Source: Geobacteraceae bacterium
GTDB taxonomy: Bacteria; Desulfobacterota; Desulfuromonadia; Geobacterales; DSM-12255
Length of the DNA: 64,000 nucleotides
Assembly (NCBI GenBank): GCA_031412995.1
Contig: JANOEC010000028.1
Location: 15,458 to 79,457 of the forward strand
Direction of reading: 5' to 3'
The notes under the pieces are model-generated. The model was given only the letters and a program-made list of their open reading frames with translations, did no database searches and was not told where the DNA came from. Made by a program: the position numbers and the translations under genes. Positions 45,292 to 54,845 of the stretch are shown one piece after another (position 1 is the first letter of the stretch; every line of letters starts with the position of its first letter).

Positions 45292-45602
45292 GGCATACCT
45301 CCGGGCATCTTCAGGCGATAGGCCAGTTCATAGACCGAGTTTATGAGGAACCTCTGCGTGAAGAAAATGCCGAGCATGATCAACATCGGGGAGAGATCAA
45401 TACCACCCATATCCGGCATGACCCGCCGTACCCGCTGCAGTACCGGTTCGGTAACCCGGTAGAGAAAGCTGACGATCGGGTTGTAGGGATCGGGATTTAC
45501 CCAGGAGAGCAGCGCCCGGGCGATCAGAATATACAGGTAGAGCGTGAGGACGATATCGGTAATCTTGGCAAGAGCCAGCAGGAAATTGGCAATGATGAAC
45601 AC
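45288..45602 (-). CDS. YggT-family membrane protein
   Basis: 104 aa. The pattern LLSWVNPDPYNPI...TEPVLQRVRRVMP...IDLSP is present. Confidence 0.85.
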   Translation of the reverse strand: MFIIANFLLALAKITDIVLTLYLYILIARALLSWVNPDPYNPIVSFLYRVTEPVLQRVRRVMPDMGGIDLSPMLIMLGIFFTQRFLINSVYELAYRLKMPGGMP

Positions 45603-45695
45603 GTGTGGACCCCTTGTCTGGCGGGATAACTGACTGAAAACTTATACAGGAAGATGCCGGAGACTGTCAAGGTACCTGCCATGACGTCCCTTGAC

Positions 45696-47576
45696 CTAAT
45701 GTGACAGCAGACGTCGTAGCCGTCGATAACGACAGGGCGAAAGGCGTTGACCGCGATAGACTGTGGCCGCGTAGTGGTGGAATGCGCGCTGCAGGCGCCG
45801 GTCACTGCTCTGACGGGCCAGTTCCAACAGGCAGACCGTTGGTGGCAGCTTTTTCAGACTAAGTCGGCGGGCGAAGGTGCGGAGAAGTCGGTCTTCACGG
45901 CTGGGACGGCGCCAGTGCAGCAGGGTCCAGATCCCGGCCAAAACTGCCAGGCCGGAGCCGCCCCAGGTCAGCCAGTGCCCGATAATTGCGGGTTGACGCA
46001 TGCTGCTCAGCGTTTGGCTGAGGCGATCGACCGACGCCAGTTGCTGCTCGAAATCATAGGAAATCACCGAGCGGGTCCAGAAATAATCGACCAGATTGGT
46101 CAGGGCTGCCAGTCGTGCCGCCAGGGACCGGGGTGGTGATTGCCCCAACTCCGCCCCGTTGATGGCCCAGCGGCTCGGGTCGACCCGCTGCCATTGACCC
46201 GCCACCAACGCCTCTATCCAGACATGGGCTCGCTCATCGCTGACCGTATAAAAACTGCCCAGCTCAGAAAAATCGCCCCCCAGATAGCCACCCACCAGCC
46301 GCACCGGAATGCCTGCTGCCCGGAGTAGGATCGCGGCGCTGCTGGCAAAGAATTCGCAATTGCCCCGCTTTACGGCAAAAAAGAAATCATCCACAGCGGT
46401 CGGCGCGGTGGCCATCCCGGTGGTGGCGTATTGCAGTTGTTGCTGGTGAAACAGCGCTTCAACCCGTTGCAACCGGGCAGCCGGGTCGCTCAGTTGCTGG
46501 CGGATCTCCTTGCCGAGCGCCGCCAAGCGGGGCGGGGCGTTGGCCGGCAGATGCAGATACTCAGGCGCTATGCTCCTTGGGGCGCCTTTTGTGGCCAGAG
46601 GTCTCGACAGCACCTGGTAGCGGATTCGATTCAGGCCAGCCCGGCCAGAGGTCAGGACGCTGTCCGGGGCCATGGTGAGCCGTTGGCCGGTGACGGTCAC
46701 GGGCAGGTCGAGGCCGACCAGGTAGCGTCCCTGACCCGGCTCCAGATAGATGGTCTGGTTGATTTCATTAGTGGTAGTACCGGTGAGCGGTTCGATGCCG
46801 GGTGGTGGGCTGACCCGTTCCCAGCGGATGCCAGTGAAGTGATTCAGGACAGTGACGCGCCAGTAAAGTTGAGTCGTGGTCAGTGGTCCAGGCACTTCGG
46901 CCCGGAAGGCCATGCGTTGGCTCAATTGCTGACTGCTGCTTTTACCCGGCTGCACCTGTTCGGAAAAGCCGGTGCTGTTTGCCGAGGCAACTCCACCCTG
47001 CCAAAGCGGCGTCTGGGTGCGGGGCAGGAGCAGGAAAAACCCGATCAGCAGCGGTACAGCCGCTGTTGTCAGCAGTAGGCCGATGCCAACCAGCCGCCGG
47101 AGCACCGATGGCGGGCACGCAGTGGCACCGGGAAGTTCCTGGGCGGTCAAAACCACCAGGGCCACCATGCCGCTGGTGAGCAGGGTCGTCATGGCCAGGG
47201 CATAGACCAGGTCGAGACGAATGACTGAGGCGGCGGCCAGGGCGAAAAACGCCAGGCCAAAGAGCTGCAGGTAGGTGCGGCGGTTTTTTTCGGCCAGCAG
47301 GCGGATGGCCAGCAGGATGGCGGTGACGTTCAGAAATGACGCGACCGGGTTGCCCCAGCTGAAACGGGACAGCGCCAGGACCGTGCCCAACAGGGCGGCC
47401 AGGGTGAGAAGCCACGGGGGGAGCCGCCAGCTGCGCCAGTCGGCAACCAGACCGCCGCAGAAGCCAACCAGCAGAAACAGCCGGGTGCTGGTTGGCAGTT
47501 CGGCCAGCGACGGGCCCAGGGCCGCGGCGACGCAGAGGTAGGAGAGCAGGGCGAGGAGCTGGCGGTCAGAGCCCAT
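45696..47576 (-). CDS. membrane transglutaminase-domain protein (DUF3488 + transglutaminase core)
   Basis: 626 aa with a multi-TM N-terminal half. The catalytic Cys motif is RGNCEFFASSAAILLRAAGIPVRLVGGY. Confidence 0.8.
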   Translation of the reverse strand: MGSDRQLLALLSYLCVAAALGPSLAELPTSTRLFLLVGFCGGLVADWRSWRLPPWLLTLAALLGTVLALSRFSWGNPVASFLNVTAILLAIRLLAEKNRRTYLQLFGLAFFALAAASVIRLDLVYALAMTTLLTSGMVALVVLTAQELPGATACPPSVLRRLVGIGLLLTTAAVPLLIGFFLLLPRTQTPLWQGGVASANSTGFSEQVQPGKSSSQQLSQRMAFRAEVPGPLTTTQLYWRVTVLNHFTGIRWERVSPPPGIEPLTGTTTNEINQTIYLEPGQGRYLVGLDLPVTVTGQRLTMAPDSVLTSGRAGLNRIRYQVLSRPLATKGAPRSIAPEYLHLPANAPPRLAALGKEIRQQLSDPAARLQRVEALFHQQQLQYATTGMATAPTAVDDFFFAVKRGNCEFFASSAAILLRAAGIPVRLVGGYLGGDFSELGSFYTVSDERAHVWIEALVAGQWQRVDPSRWAINGAELGQSPPRSLAARLAALTNLVDYFWTRSVISYDFEQQLASVDRLSQTLSSMRQPAIIGHWLTWGGSGLAVLAGIWTLLHWRRPSREDRLLRTFARRLSLKKLPPTVCLLELARQSSDRRLQRAFHHYAATVYRGQRLSPCRYRRLRRLLSH

Positions 47577-48363
47577 ACAACGCCACCTCCTGTAACAGCA
47601 GCCGGCGTTGCTGGCTGGAGTGCTGCGGGGCGTGGGTGACTCCGCCGGCCACCAGGCCGACCGGGCGCCCCAGTTGCCAGCAGCGGTTGATCATAAATAT
47701 TGCCCGGCCAAGGGTCACTTCCCGTTCGGCTGCCGGGCTGGCGTCCAGGTCGATGATTACCGGTTCCGCTGCCAGGGTATCCAGTTCCCGCACCAGCAGG
47801 GTGTCATGCCGGGCCGAGAGCCGCCAGTTGATCAGCTTGCGCGGTTCCTGGCCCGTGTAAGGGCTGATAGCGCGCTGCTCGCCATCCCAGCCGCGAATGT
47901 TCAGCGTCGTCAGGCTGCCGGTCTGCTGGCCATCGTTGGTAAGCAAGGGGCCGGGAATTGGTTGTGGCAGCACCAGACACTGGCTGGCTGGACCGGCTGG
48001 CCAGGCCCGGATGAAGAAGCCGGCCGGAAAGGCGGATTGCACCCAGGTGAGGGGAAACTGGTGCCAGCCCCGGCTGGGCAACGTGCAGGTGATGGTCTGC
48101 TCGGTCATCGCGCCAGGGGGCAGGTAATGGATGGCGCAGCGGCTGCCCGCCACTGGCACGACCAGCAGGAACGAGGGGAGCCAGCGCTTGCGGTTAGTAA
48201 TCTGGACCCGGATGGGTGTTGGCAGCTGGCAATAGATCTCGGCTGGCGGCACTAGCGCGATCTCCAGACCGCGCACATTGAGCCAGCCGGCGACCCCGCT
48301 GCTGCACATGATGCCGAGAAGCGCGGACACCAGCAGATAGAGGAGGTTGTTACCGGTATTCAC
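47566..48363 (-). CDS. DUF58 protein
   Basis: It sits between MoxR and the transglutaminase protein and carries an NTGNNLLYLL TM segment. The reading frame stays open upstream to 48422 with no ATG/GTG/TTG, so the start is uncertain. Confidence 0.7.
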   Translation of the reverse strand: MNTGNNLLYLLVSALLGIMCSSGVAGWLNVRGLEIALVPPAEIYCQLPTPIRVQITNRKRWLPSFLLVVPVAGSRCAIHYLPPGAMTEQTITCTLPSRGWHQFPLTWVQSAFPAGFFIRAWPAGPASQCLVLPQPIPGPLLTNDGQQTGSLTTLNIRGWDGEQRAISPYTGQEPRKLINWRLSARHDTLLVRELDTLAAEPVIIDLDASPAAEREVTLGRAIFMINRCWQLGRPVGLVAGGVTHAPQHSSQQRRLLLQEVALYGL

Positions 48364-48422
48364 CGCTGCAAACCCGAGCAGCAGGGTGGCGGCGATGTAG
48401 ACGATCCCGAGGCGGGTGCCGG

Positions 48423-49361
48423 TTATGACTTTGGGGTCGGTATGTCGTTGAGTAGACCGCGTAGGAGTTCCTCCCTGTCAATGGCGGCATATTCGGGGCG
48501 GGCCACCAGTCGATGGGCACAGACCGGCACCACCACCTGCTGGATGTCGCTGGGCGCCACATAGCTGCGTCGGTCGAGGAAGGCCCAGGTCCGGGCCGCA
48601 TCGGCCAGGCAGATGCCGCCCCGGGTCGAGACCCCGGCCAGCAACATTGGATGGTTGCGGGTGGCAGTGACGATGGCATGCAGGTAGCCGATAACGTTCT
48701 CTGCCAGCAGGACGTGGCTAGATGCCTGACGGGCGGCCAGGATCTCGGCCCGGCTGATCATTGGGGCAATACGGCGGATCGCCTCCCGGTTGCTGCCGTG
48801 GCGGATAATGGCCTGTTCCAGTTCCGGCGGTGGATAGCCGATGTCAGTCCGGAGCAGGAAGCGGTCCAGTTGGGATTCGGGGAGCGGGTAGGTGCCGACC
48901 TGTTCCAACGGGTTCTGGGTAGCGATCACCAGAAACGGCTCGGGGAGCTCGTGAGTGATGCCGTCGATGGTCACGCGCCGCTCTTCCATCGCTTCCAGCA
49001 GGGCGCTCTGGGTCTTGGGCATGGCCCGGTTCAGTTCGTCCACCAGCACGACATGGTTGAAGATCGGGCCGGGGTGGAGGGTAAAGCGCTGCTCATCCCG
49101 GTCGTAGATGGAGATGCCGGTAATGTCGCCCGGCATCAGGTCGCTGGTGCACTGGATCCGGCCAAAGGAGAGGCCGAGCGCCGCTGCCAGCGCCACCGCC
49201 AGGGTGGTCTTTCCCTGCCCCGGAATGTCCTCCAGTAGCAGATGGCCACCGGCCAGCAGGGCAATAAAGGCCAGCCGCAGGCTCCGCTCCTTGCCGGGGA
49301 GCTGGTTATGGGTTAACTCCTCGATTACCCGAAGCACGGACTGCTGCGCGCTTGATTGCAT
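48423..49361 (-). CDS. MoxR-family AAA+ ATPase
   Basis: 312 aa. Contains Walker A GIPGQGKTT, Walker B LVDELNR and ATQNPLEQVGTYPLPESQLDRF. Confidence 0.9.
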   Translation of the reverse strand: MQSSAQQSVLRVIEELTHNQLPGKERSLRLAFIALLAGGHLLLEDIPGQGKTTLAVALAAALGLSFGRIQCTSDLMPGDITGISIYDRDEQRFTLHPGPIFNHVVLVDELNRAMPKTQSALLEAMEERRVTIDGITHELPEPFLVIATQNPLEQVGTYPLPESQLDRFLLRTDIGYPPPELEQAIIRHGSNREAIRRIAPMISRAEILAARQASSHVLLAENVIGYLHAIVTATRNHPMLLAGVSTRGGICLADAARTWAFLDRRSYVAPSDIQQVVVPVCAHRLVARPEYAAIDREELLRGLLNDIPTPKS

Positions 49362-49561
49362 TGATGGCTCCTCGATCTGAGGTTGTCCCTGCTTTTCCGG
49401 GATTTTTGCAAGTGTACCACAACATCCGGTGTCAGTGTCTGGAACCAGCGTGCTGGGAAAATACCCGCTTAAGTTTTGTTACCTGGACTTTAGACTTTCG
49501 CGTTCTTTGAAAAAAGTGCATCCGCACAAAAAAAGCACTTGACACGGGGCCCAAAATCGTG

Positions 49562-49611
49562 GGCCGCGCCTTAATCGCTATCTGATGTTTGAGAGCGATT
49601 AAGGCGCGGCC
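49562..49611. repeat. perfect 18-bp inverted repeat (hairpin) at the edge of an IS remnant
   Basis: GGCCGCGCCTTAATCGCT, 14 nt, AGCGATTAAGGCGCGGCC. It lies 35 nt upstream of the transposase-fragment ATG. Confidence 0.6.
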
Positions 49612-49645
49612 TCTTGAAAGAAAAACTCTCTCTCAGGAGGCCGCT

Positions 49646-50137
49646 ATGGACCACAAGGGATACGGCCATATCCCCAAAGCCCTGTTCGATGCTATCACAT
49701 TTCTGGCTCGGGCTCTGCCAAAACGTTCGGTTCCAACCTTCCTGGAACTGCTTTTTGGGGCAATGTTGACCCAGACCGGGTTTGTGACCGATGCCATCCT
49801 GGCGGTCGATACAGTCAGGCACTGGAACAGCTATTACAAGTGGCTCCATTTTGGCAAGTGGTCGTAGGTCGCACTGGGACGCCAGATAGCTCGCCTTGCT
49901 CTACATATGTTTCCTCGGCGTCGCTGGTTTCTCATGATTGACGATACGATTGTATTCAGATCGTCAAAGAAGGCTCCCGGTTCGGCTATTCATCATCAGC
50001 ATGGGTGCAAGACCAATCGGCCGACATATGTCAGAGGACAGTGCTGGGTGACTTTGGCTCTGACGCTTTCCAAAGGGTTCCGCTCGCTGGGTATCCCGAT
50101 CCTCTCTCGCCTGGCGCGACAGGGAGGCTTCAAGTAA
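49646..50137 (+). pseudogene. DDE transposase (IS701/IS4-like) N-terminal fragment with an in-frame TAG
   Basis: Reads MDHKGYGHIPKALFDAITFL...YYKWLHFGKWS, then a stop at 49865-49867, then ...RRRWFLMIDDTIVFRSSKKAPG... and ends after about 160 codons. AGGAGG RBS. Confidence 0.55.
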
Positions 50138-50280
50138 GATAAGTAATTTGCTGCGGATATCCATTAGTAGGCAAGACTCCCCCCCGCCTCTCTTGTTTCT
50201 GGTTTCATTGTCGATGTTTTTTTGATATTGCTTGAAATCCGCATGGCGTTGTCGCCACGGTAATGTGAGATTAAATTGAC

Positions 50281-51207
50281 ATGCAACTCAACCTCTTCGA
50301 AGATAATCGTCCTGGCATCCTCCTCAACATAGCGGATGAATGTGTCCTCGCTCGGGATCTTGCGCAGGCTGTTTCCATCTATGAGCAATTAGTCGCGGAC
50401 TACCCGGACGACAAGAGTAATTCTGTCCTCTTACAGCATGTGAGTGACTGGCATGAGCTGCTCTCCGGAATCAATCAGGGTACCAACGTTCAAACATACC
50501 TTCAGACTATCTGGCTTCAGCTTGAATCCATATCCTATTCTTCGTTGCGCTTCACTGTACTCGGCACGCTAATCGATACCCTGTTTGCCTTGCCGAATCC
50601 GGAGCTTATCTTCATTCCACCACGCTTTCACCTTGGGCAGATTCTGATGGAAGCCGGTCGATATGCCGAAGCAGCGAAATGTTTTCTGGCCGCACTTACT
50701 CACAGCAGCTTGGAACGGGGCAGATTTATGGCTTGGCGTGGTGATACCTTGACACTGGCAGGCAGCGATGATGCTGCGTTGAAATGTTATCTCACAGCGT
50801 TTCTTGATGACCCACTTACCGTTACCATGCAATTTATCAAAAACAGGGAAATTGCCAATCTTCACTTATCCCTTCACTTCGATGCCATGGACGAAATTGA
50901 CGAAGATGAAGAACCCGCCTGGCTTCCGGTCTGGGGATGGCTGCATGGAGTATTTGTGCTTCCGCTACAGCCTGATTTAGAGGCGAGTCTGCCTGATACT
51001 GGTGTTTTCGAAGCTCTCATTACTGAAGGAAAGCGTTCTGTACCCCGCATATGGTTCGATATGCTGATCTATGCTGAAAGACTGCGTGTCTTGTTTAGGG
51101 ATGACCGTGAACTGGTAGCAGTACGGAGATTGATGCAAAAAACAAACAAATATATGTTCGATTGTTATATGGATAAGGTCAGGGGAAGGAACTCTACAAT
51201 TCGCTGA
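50281..51207 (+). CDS. hypothetical protein (helical/TPR-like), upstream partner of the SWIM-SNF2 helicase
   Basis: 308-aa ORF in an AT-richer stretch. No family recognised. Confidence 0.5.
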   Translation: MQLNLFEDNRPGILLNIADECVLARDLAQAVSIYEQLVADYPDDKSNSVLLQHVSDWHELLSGINQGTNVQTYLQTIWLQLESISYSSLRFTVLGTLIDTLFALPNPELIFIPPRFHLGQILMEAGRYAEAAKCFLAALTHSSLERGRFMAWRGDTLTLAGSDDAALKCYLTAFLDDPLTVTMQFIKNREIANLHLSLHFDAMDEIDEDEEPAWLPVWGWLHGVFVLPLQPDLEASLPDTGVFEALITEGKRSVPRIWFDMLIYAERLRVLFRDDRELVAVRRLMQKTNKYMFDCYMDKVRGRNSTIR

Positions 51208-51258
51208 GACCGCAGCATAAAATCAAGAATATCCCCCCGTTAACGCTCCGGAGTTTTA

Positions 51259-54200
51259 ATGTCTCAACCGACTACCATTGCAAATCTCTCTCCGTTTCTG
51301 CAAAAATTTCACGACTACCGCCCCGGTGATATTCATTCAGTTGCCGCAAAAGTCCATTTAATGGATGGTTTTGCAGCGTGCAATAACAATTCGATGACCA
51401 ATGCCATCTGGAGTGAGGATAAAACTGCACTGATTGTCAGTTTTATTGGTGGCTACCAGACAACCTTGTTGTTGGAAAGGCATAGTCTGTTGACAAAATG
51501 CACCTGCCGGCAGTGGCAACCGGCGCGTAACTGCCCGCATATTGTCATTGCCTGGGCAACGTTGAAAAGGATGGTTTCACCGGAAACATTGCCGCATATC
51601 AAATTCAGCCAGCAGATGCTGCAGGACATGAAGCGATTCACGGATCGGGAACCTCCAACCCAAAATGTATCTTTAGCAGAGTCGCCATCAGGCAAAAGGG
51701 CTCTTTCGAAGAATATGTTGGCTGCCAGGCGTATGCGTATCGAAGAACTCCACAAACAAAAAAAGGAGAGAGCTCCAGCTACATTTCGCTTGGTTATTGA
51801 AGCAGATCTGTATGGTAATGGCCTGAAAGGGAGCATAAAGCGGGGCAATGAAGTTGTGCATGGCTGGACCACCAACGGGATTCCTACTGATCTGGCCCGT
51901 TTTATGACATCACATTACTACTATGAGTCAACACCACTTTATTTTGAGACATTTCACAAGCAGACCAATGGTGCGTACCCGATCGTATATCTCGATGCCG
52001 GAGTAAAGGAAACGCCACTTGTCTACAGCAGCGACAATAGCAACAAGGCAAGCATCACATTTGACCTTCGGGGCGAGGAAATTCAGATCTCGCGGTGTCT
52101 GGACAATGGCAGTCCGATCCCGGCAAAGGCTGTTCCGCACGGAAAACTCTTATTTAATCCTGAGGCCGGGACGATTAGTTCCATCGTTAACCGTGACGCC
52201 TGGAAACTCTGGGAAGATGTTGTTGAGAAGTTGGATGAAGCAAATGATCTGGACGAATTTGACGAGTTTGAAGATGAAGATGATTTTCTTGCCGATACCC
52301 TGGACGAGTCATTTGCCATTTCTCCGGAAATTCGGCGCTTGCCGCATGCAGTCGTAACGTCTGTTTCCTTCTTTAATTCAGCAGCCATCCAGCTTGATGC
52401 CGCAATAATTAATAATGCTGCTGATTGTCACTTCCTGCGTGATGGCCTGGTTGTCGATACGCCTAGCCTTGATAAACCTTCGTATTTACTGGATATTCCC
52501 CACGGCATGACCACCCCAACGGTTATGCTTACGCCGGCAGGTCTGTTCGATGGCTGTGCGTTTGCCTTTTCTGCTGACGCATTCTGGCTGTTCAACCCGT
52601 ACAGCCGTTCGCGCCTTTCCGCACCGCTGAAGGCAAAAAAGCGGGTAACGGCAGTTATTGAAACTGCATTTGCCCTGCAGAAAGAGACAAAAACGACAGC
52701 TCGCGCGGCAATCGTCCGTTCACTGACCGCATCGCCGGATTTTGCTAAATTAAAGGTCAGGCGGGAAGCTAAACAGCTGCTGAATCTGCTGGTAGAAGAG
52801 TGGAACCGGAAAATGTCACTGCTCATGGCAGGTCCGGAAGGATGGCACTGTCTGGAAGATAACCGGCAGAGCCAGGCGCGGCTGATCCGGATTTTATACG
52901 AGATTTTCGGTCTTGACGCCTTTAGCGATGAATCTGCCGCTGGCGGTATTGAGCTGTCTACCGTGCAGCTGACGAAAGAATTACCGCTCCTCGTGGAACG
53001 TCTGCAGCAGGATGGATTTTCGCTGCGGATTGGCAGTGAGCCGCTGGCTGAGGCATCGTGGGAGTTTTCGCTCGACGCAACCAGAAGCAGTATCGATTGG
53101 TTTGAGTTGAAGCCGGAGATTCGCTGTAACGGAGAAATTCTGAGCGACGAGGAGATGAGCGGACTTTTTAACGGGGCAGGCATGCTGCGGCGCGACGGTA
53201 AACTGTTGCTGCTGGATGACCTCTCCTCCCAGGTGCTGGCCATGTTTTCCGGAGCCATGGCGTCCGGCAAAAAGAAACGCAAAGGGGGGCTTGAACCGGT
53301 TCGCGTACCCCGCCTGCAGATCCTTGACTGGCTGCAACTCCGCAGCCATGGGGTTACGGTTACACTGTCGGCGGCTGATACGGCAATTCTGGAAAGTCTG
53401 CTCAATTTTGCCAGTATCCCTGAGCGAACATTGCCAACCCTCCTCAATGCGGCCTTGCGCCACTATCAGGTTGACGCCTGGCATTGGCTGGCTTTTCTTT
53501 ATGATCATCGTTTCGGTGCCTGCCTGGCTGACGACATGGGCCTTGGGAAAACTGTACAGGCCATCACCCTTTTTGCCGGGATCAAGTCGGGCGAGATTGT
53601 TTCCGCTGCTCCGTCCGGCACGCCGCATCTGGTGGTTGCCCCACCATCGCTGCTGTTCAACTGGGAGGCGGAGCTGGCGCGCTTTCTGCCGTCGGCCAAG
53701 GTCTACCTCTATGCCGGCGGCGACCGCACCATTGACTCGCTTGCTGGCCATGACATCATCATTACCAGTTACGGCATTGTCCATCGAGACATCGCGCTGT
53801 TGGAGAAATTGCGCTTCAACGTAATTGTCTTCGATGAAACCCAGGTGGTGAAGAATCTCCAGGCGGCGACCAGTAATGCCGTTCGCCGGTTGAAAGGAGC
53901 ATTTATCCTGGCCCTGACCGGCACCCCGGTTGAAAATCATCTCGGCGAATACTTTGCCATCATGGACCTCTGTCTGCCAGGGCTGTTGGGCACCAGAGAG
54001 GAGTTCACCCGCAAGATCGGCCAGGATGGTGCTGCCGGTACGGCCAGATTAATCGGCCGCACCCGGCCATTTGTGCTGCGCCGGACAAAGCAGTTGATCG
54101 CCAGCGAACTGCCGCCGAAAATTGAAATGGATATCAATCTGGAGCTGACGTCCAAGCAGCAGGCCCTCTACCAGCGCACAGTGGAGGAGGTCCGTGGGCA

Positions 54201-54840
54201 GATTCAGGAAGCCTATCAAAGCCACGCTCCGGCCCAGGCCCGCATCATCGCTCTCACCGCCATTCTCCGTCTGCGGCAGATCTGCCTGGCGCCGGCCCTG
54301 GCCTCCCCCGGTGCCAGCGTTATTTCGCCAAAGCTGGACTTTCTGGCAGAGCAGTTGGCCGAACTGCGTGATGAAGGGCACAGCGCCCTGGTCTTTTCCC
54401 AGTTCACCGGCTACCTGAATATTATTGAAAAAGGGTTGCAACAACAGGGTTTCCCCTGCTTGCGCCTGGATGGCTCAACTCCAGTGCCGCAGCGCAAAAA
54501 ACTGGTGCAGACCTTTCAAAACAGCACCGAGCCTGCCGTCTTCCTGATCAGCCTCAAGGCCGGCGGCAAAGGGCTGAATCTCACCCGTGCCACCTATGTC
54601 TACCACATGGACCCCTGGTGGAATCCGGCGGTGGAAAACCAGGCCTCGGACCGTGCCCACCGCATCGGTCAGACCGAGCAGGTGACCATCACCCGCCTGA
54701 TCATGCGCCACACCATTGAGGAGAAAATGATGGCACTGAAAGCGCAGAAACTGCAGCTCTATAAGGCGATTCTGGAGGATGGCGCCGGTGGCGGTGGGGC
54801 GGGGCTGTCGCGAGATGATTTTGAGTTTTTGCTGGGGTAA
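51259..54840 (+). CDS. SNF2-family helicase with an N-terminal SWIM zinc finger
   Basis: 1193 aa. The SWIM motif is CTCRQWQPARNCPHIV. SNF2 motifs are LADDMGLGKT, VFDETQVVKN, GTPVENHL and QASDRAHRIGQ. A region of about 600 aa between them is unassigned. Confidence 0.9.
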   Translation: MSQPTTIANLSPFLQKFHDYRPGDIHSVAAKVHLMDGFAACNNNSMTNAIWSEDKTALIVSFIGGYQTTLLLERHSLLTKCTCRQWQPARNCPHIVIAWATLKRMVSPETLPHIKFSQQMLQDMKRFTDREPPTQNVSLAESPSGKRALSKNMLAARRMRIEELHKQKKERAPATFRLVIEADLYGNGLKGSIKRGNEVVHGWTTNGIPTDLARFMTSHYYYESTPLYFETFHKQTNGAYPIVYLDAGVKETPLVYSSDNSNKASITFDLRGEEIQISRCLDNGSPIPAKAVPHGKLLFNPEAGTISSIVNRDAWKLWEDVVEKLDEANDLDEFDEFEDEDDFLADTLDESFAISPEIRRLPHAVVTSVSFFNSAAIQLDAAIINNAADCHFLRDGLVVDTPSLDKPSYLLDIPHGMTTPTVMLTPAGLFDGCAFAFSADAFWLFNPYSRSRLSAPLKAKKRVTAVIETAFALQKETKTTARAAIVRSLTASPDFAKLKVRREAKQLLNLLVEEWNRKMSLLMAGPEGWHCLEDNRQSQARLIRILYEIFGLDAFSDESAAGGIELSTVQLTKELPLLVERLQQDGFSLRIGSEPLAEASWEFSLDATRSSIDWFELKPEIRCNGEILSDEEMSGLFNGAGMLRRDGKLLLLDDLSSQVLAMFSGAMASGKKKRKGGLEPVRVPRLQILDWLQLRSHGVTVTLSAADTAILESLLNFASIPERTLPTLLNAALRHYQVDAWHWLAFLYDHRFGACLADDMGLGKTVQAITLFAGIKSGEIVSAAPSGTPHLVVAPPSLLFNWEAELARFLPSAKVYLYAGGDRTIDSLAGHDIIITSYGIVHRDIALLEKLRFNVIVFDETQVVKNLQAATSNAVRRLKGAFILALTGTPVENHLGEYFAIMDLCLPGLLGTREEFTRKIGQDGAAGTARLIGRTRPFVLRRTKQLIASELPPKIEMDINLELTSKQQALYQRTVEEVRGQIQEAYQSHAPAQARIIALTAILRLRQICLAPALASPGASVISPKLDFLAEQLAELRDEGHSALVFSQFTGYLNIIEKGLQQQGFPCLRLDGSTPVPQRKKLVQTFQNSTEPAVFLISLKAGGKGLNLTRATYVYHMDPWWNPAVENQASDRAHRIGQTEQVTITRLIMRHTIEEKMMALKAQKLQLYKAILEDGAGGGGAGLSRDDFEFLLG

Positions 54841-54845
54841 GAACG

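Noticed and set aside
48350-48679. 109-aa ORF overlapping the MoxR 3' end
   Set aside because: It is out of frame with the well-supported MoxR gene and has a Pro/Arg/Ser-rich composition.
50164-50388. 74-aa minus-strand ORF between the IS stub and the SNF2 partner gene
   Set aside because: It overlaps the start of the better-supported plus-strand 308-aa ORF and has no RBS or recognisable motif.
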